Below are positions 63,061 to 64,000 of a stretch of 64,000 bases of DNA, in pieces (within the stretch, counting starts at the first letter, position 1; each line of letters starts with the position of its first letter). The stretch lies in the NCBI RefSeq assembly GCF_009914755.1, contig NC_060947.1; one strand, 5' to 3'. The stretch comes from the human T2T-CHM13v2.0 reference genome, Homo sapiens. The notes beneath the pieces were generated by a model. The model was not told the DNA's origin. It saw nothing but the letters and a program-made list of their open reading frames with translations, and did no database searches. The position numbers and the translations under genes are program-made.

Positions 63061-64000
63061 TTTAGAGATCTAGCTGCTAAATCAAGGATACTGGTAGAAA
63101 CTTGATCTCATGAAAATGGAAGAAACCCACATGTTATACTTAGGCACACTGTTCAAGCCCAAGGTGTAGGGAAACTTGATCCTGAGTCATGGTGATGTGC
63201 TATAGCACCTTACATTTCCACAGACTGAGGTCAGGAGAGGGCAAGTCATCTCAGCAAGAGAGGAGGAAGGCTGCAGGGAAGCAACCTCACAATTCATTGC
63301 CATGGCATCCCCCGCCACTGCGGTACTTTAAATGGTCCCCTGGAGTCTGCAAAGTGCAAAGCATTAATGTACCGCTCTAAGTGCTTTTGCTGTCTAATTT
63401 GTTATCATGGAGTGACCAAGTAATATGCGTATTTATGGTGAGCAACAGGGATTCTTAAGTTAGGGGTATAGAGGTATATTGGCAGTGTTTTATGAACTTA
63501 TGAGAAAGAGAAACTTATTCTCTTCTCTAAATTTTCTTAAAATAAATGATGGTCAGAACCTCCTGTTTCTAAGGGAACTAGGAAAACAAAGGCAAATATT
63601 ATCACCACATTGGAAATAGGGTAAAAACAGAGATATCTTTATCACTAAGTTGTGCCGAAAGTTTAATATTCAACCACTTTTTTAAAAAAAGACCACAGAA
63701 CAGAAACTGTATCTTGAATACTAAGTTACTATATGAAGGTTGGATTTTTGAGGATGGTAAAGTCAGGAATTGATTTCATCAAACTGATTACTCTAAGAAG
63801 CTGCCTCAAAGGCAAATCATTTTACATCACAATCAATTATTTGATTTCTAGCATTTAAAAAATTTGCATCAGAGGATATCAGAAAAAATGGGGAACAGTT
63901 TAGAAACAATTATATATTCTCTTTTATCATGCAGTAAGCGACCTGTTTGGTTAAAAAAATTCCTTTTAGGCACTCTGGGAAGGCTTGCTTGGACATAGAA

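Overview
Primate (human-like) non-coding genomic DNA, AT-rich and CpG-depleted, largely made of decayed interspersed repeats: about 17 Alu/FLAM copies, a nested minus-strand L1 cluster (19.5-30.7 kb) with a near-full-length L1PB-type copy, a complete THE1 MaLR provirus, solo LTRs (MER9, MST, LTR16-like, LTR40-like), MER30/MER5/MADE1 DNA-transposon relics and L2/MIR/CR1 fragments. No intact protein-coding gene, RNA gene, CRISPR array or prokaryote-type system can be supported; the ORF track consists of Alu/L1/LTR-derived or chance ORFs. I did not find a new gene-based biological system. The most notable signals are structural. (1) An old ~7 kb inversion with a ~0.65 kb inverted duplication, readable from an Alu whose target-site duplication is now split between 6339 and 14082 on opposite strands, with a probable gene-conversion tract between the arms. 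(2) A young 124-bp templated insertion with a fold-back hairpin at 52.4 kb. (3) A tail-less, TSD-less Alu insertion. (4) A THE1 provirus with discordant LTRs. (5) A repeat-free, homeodomain/SOX-motif-rich candidate enhancer near 43.4-44.2 kb, plus a few candidate + strand exons. Repeat subfamily names come from recalled consensus sequences and need RepeatMasker/Dfam confirmation.
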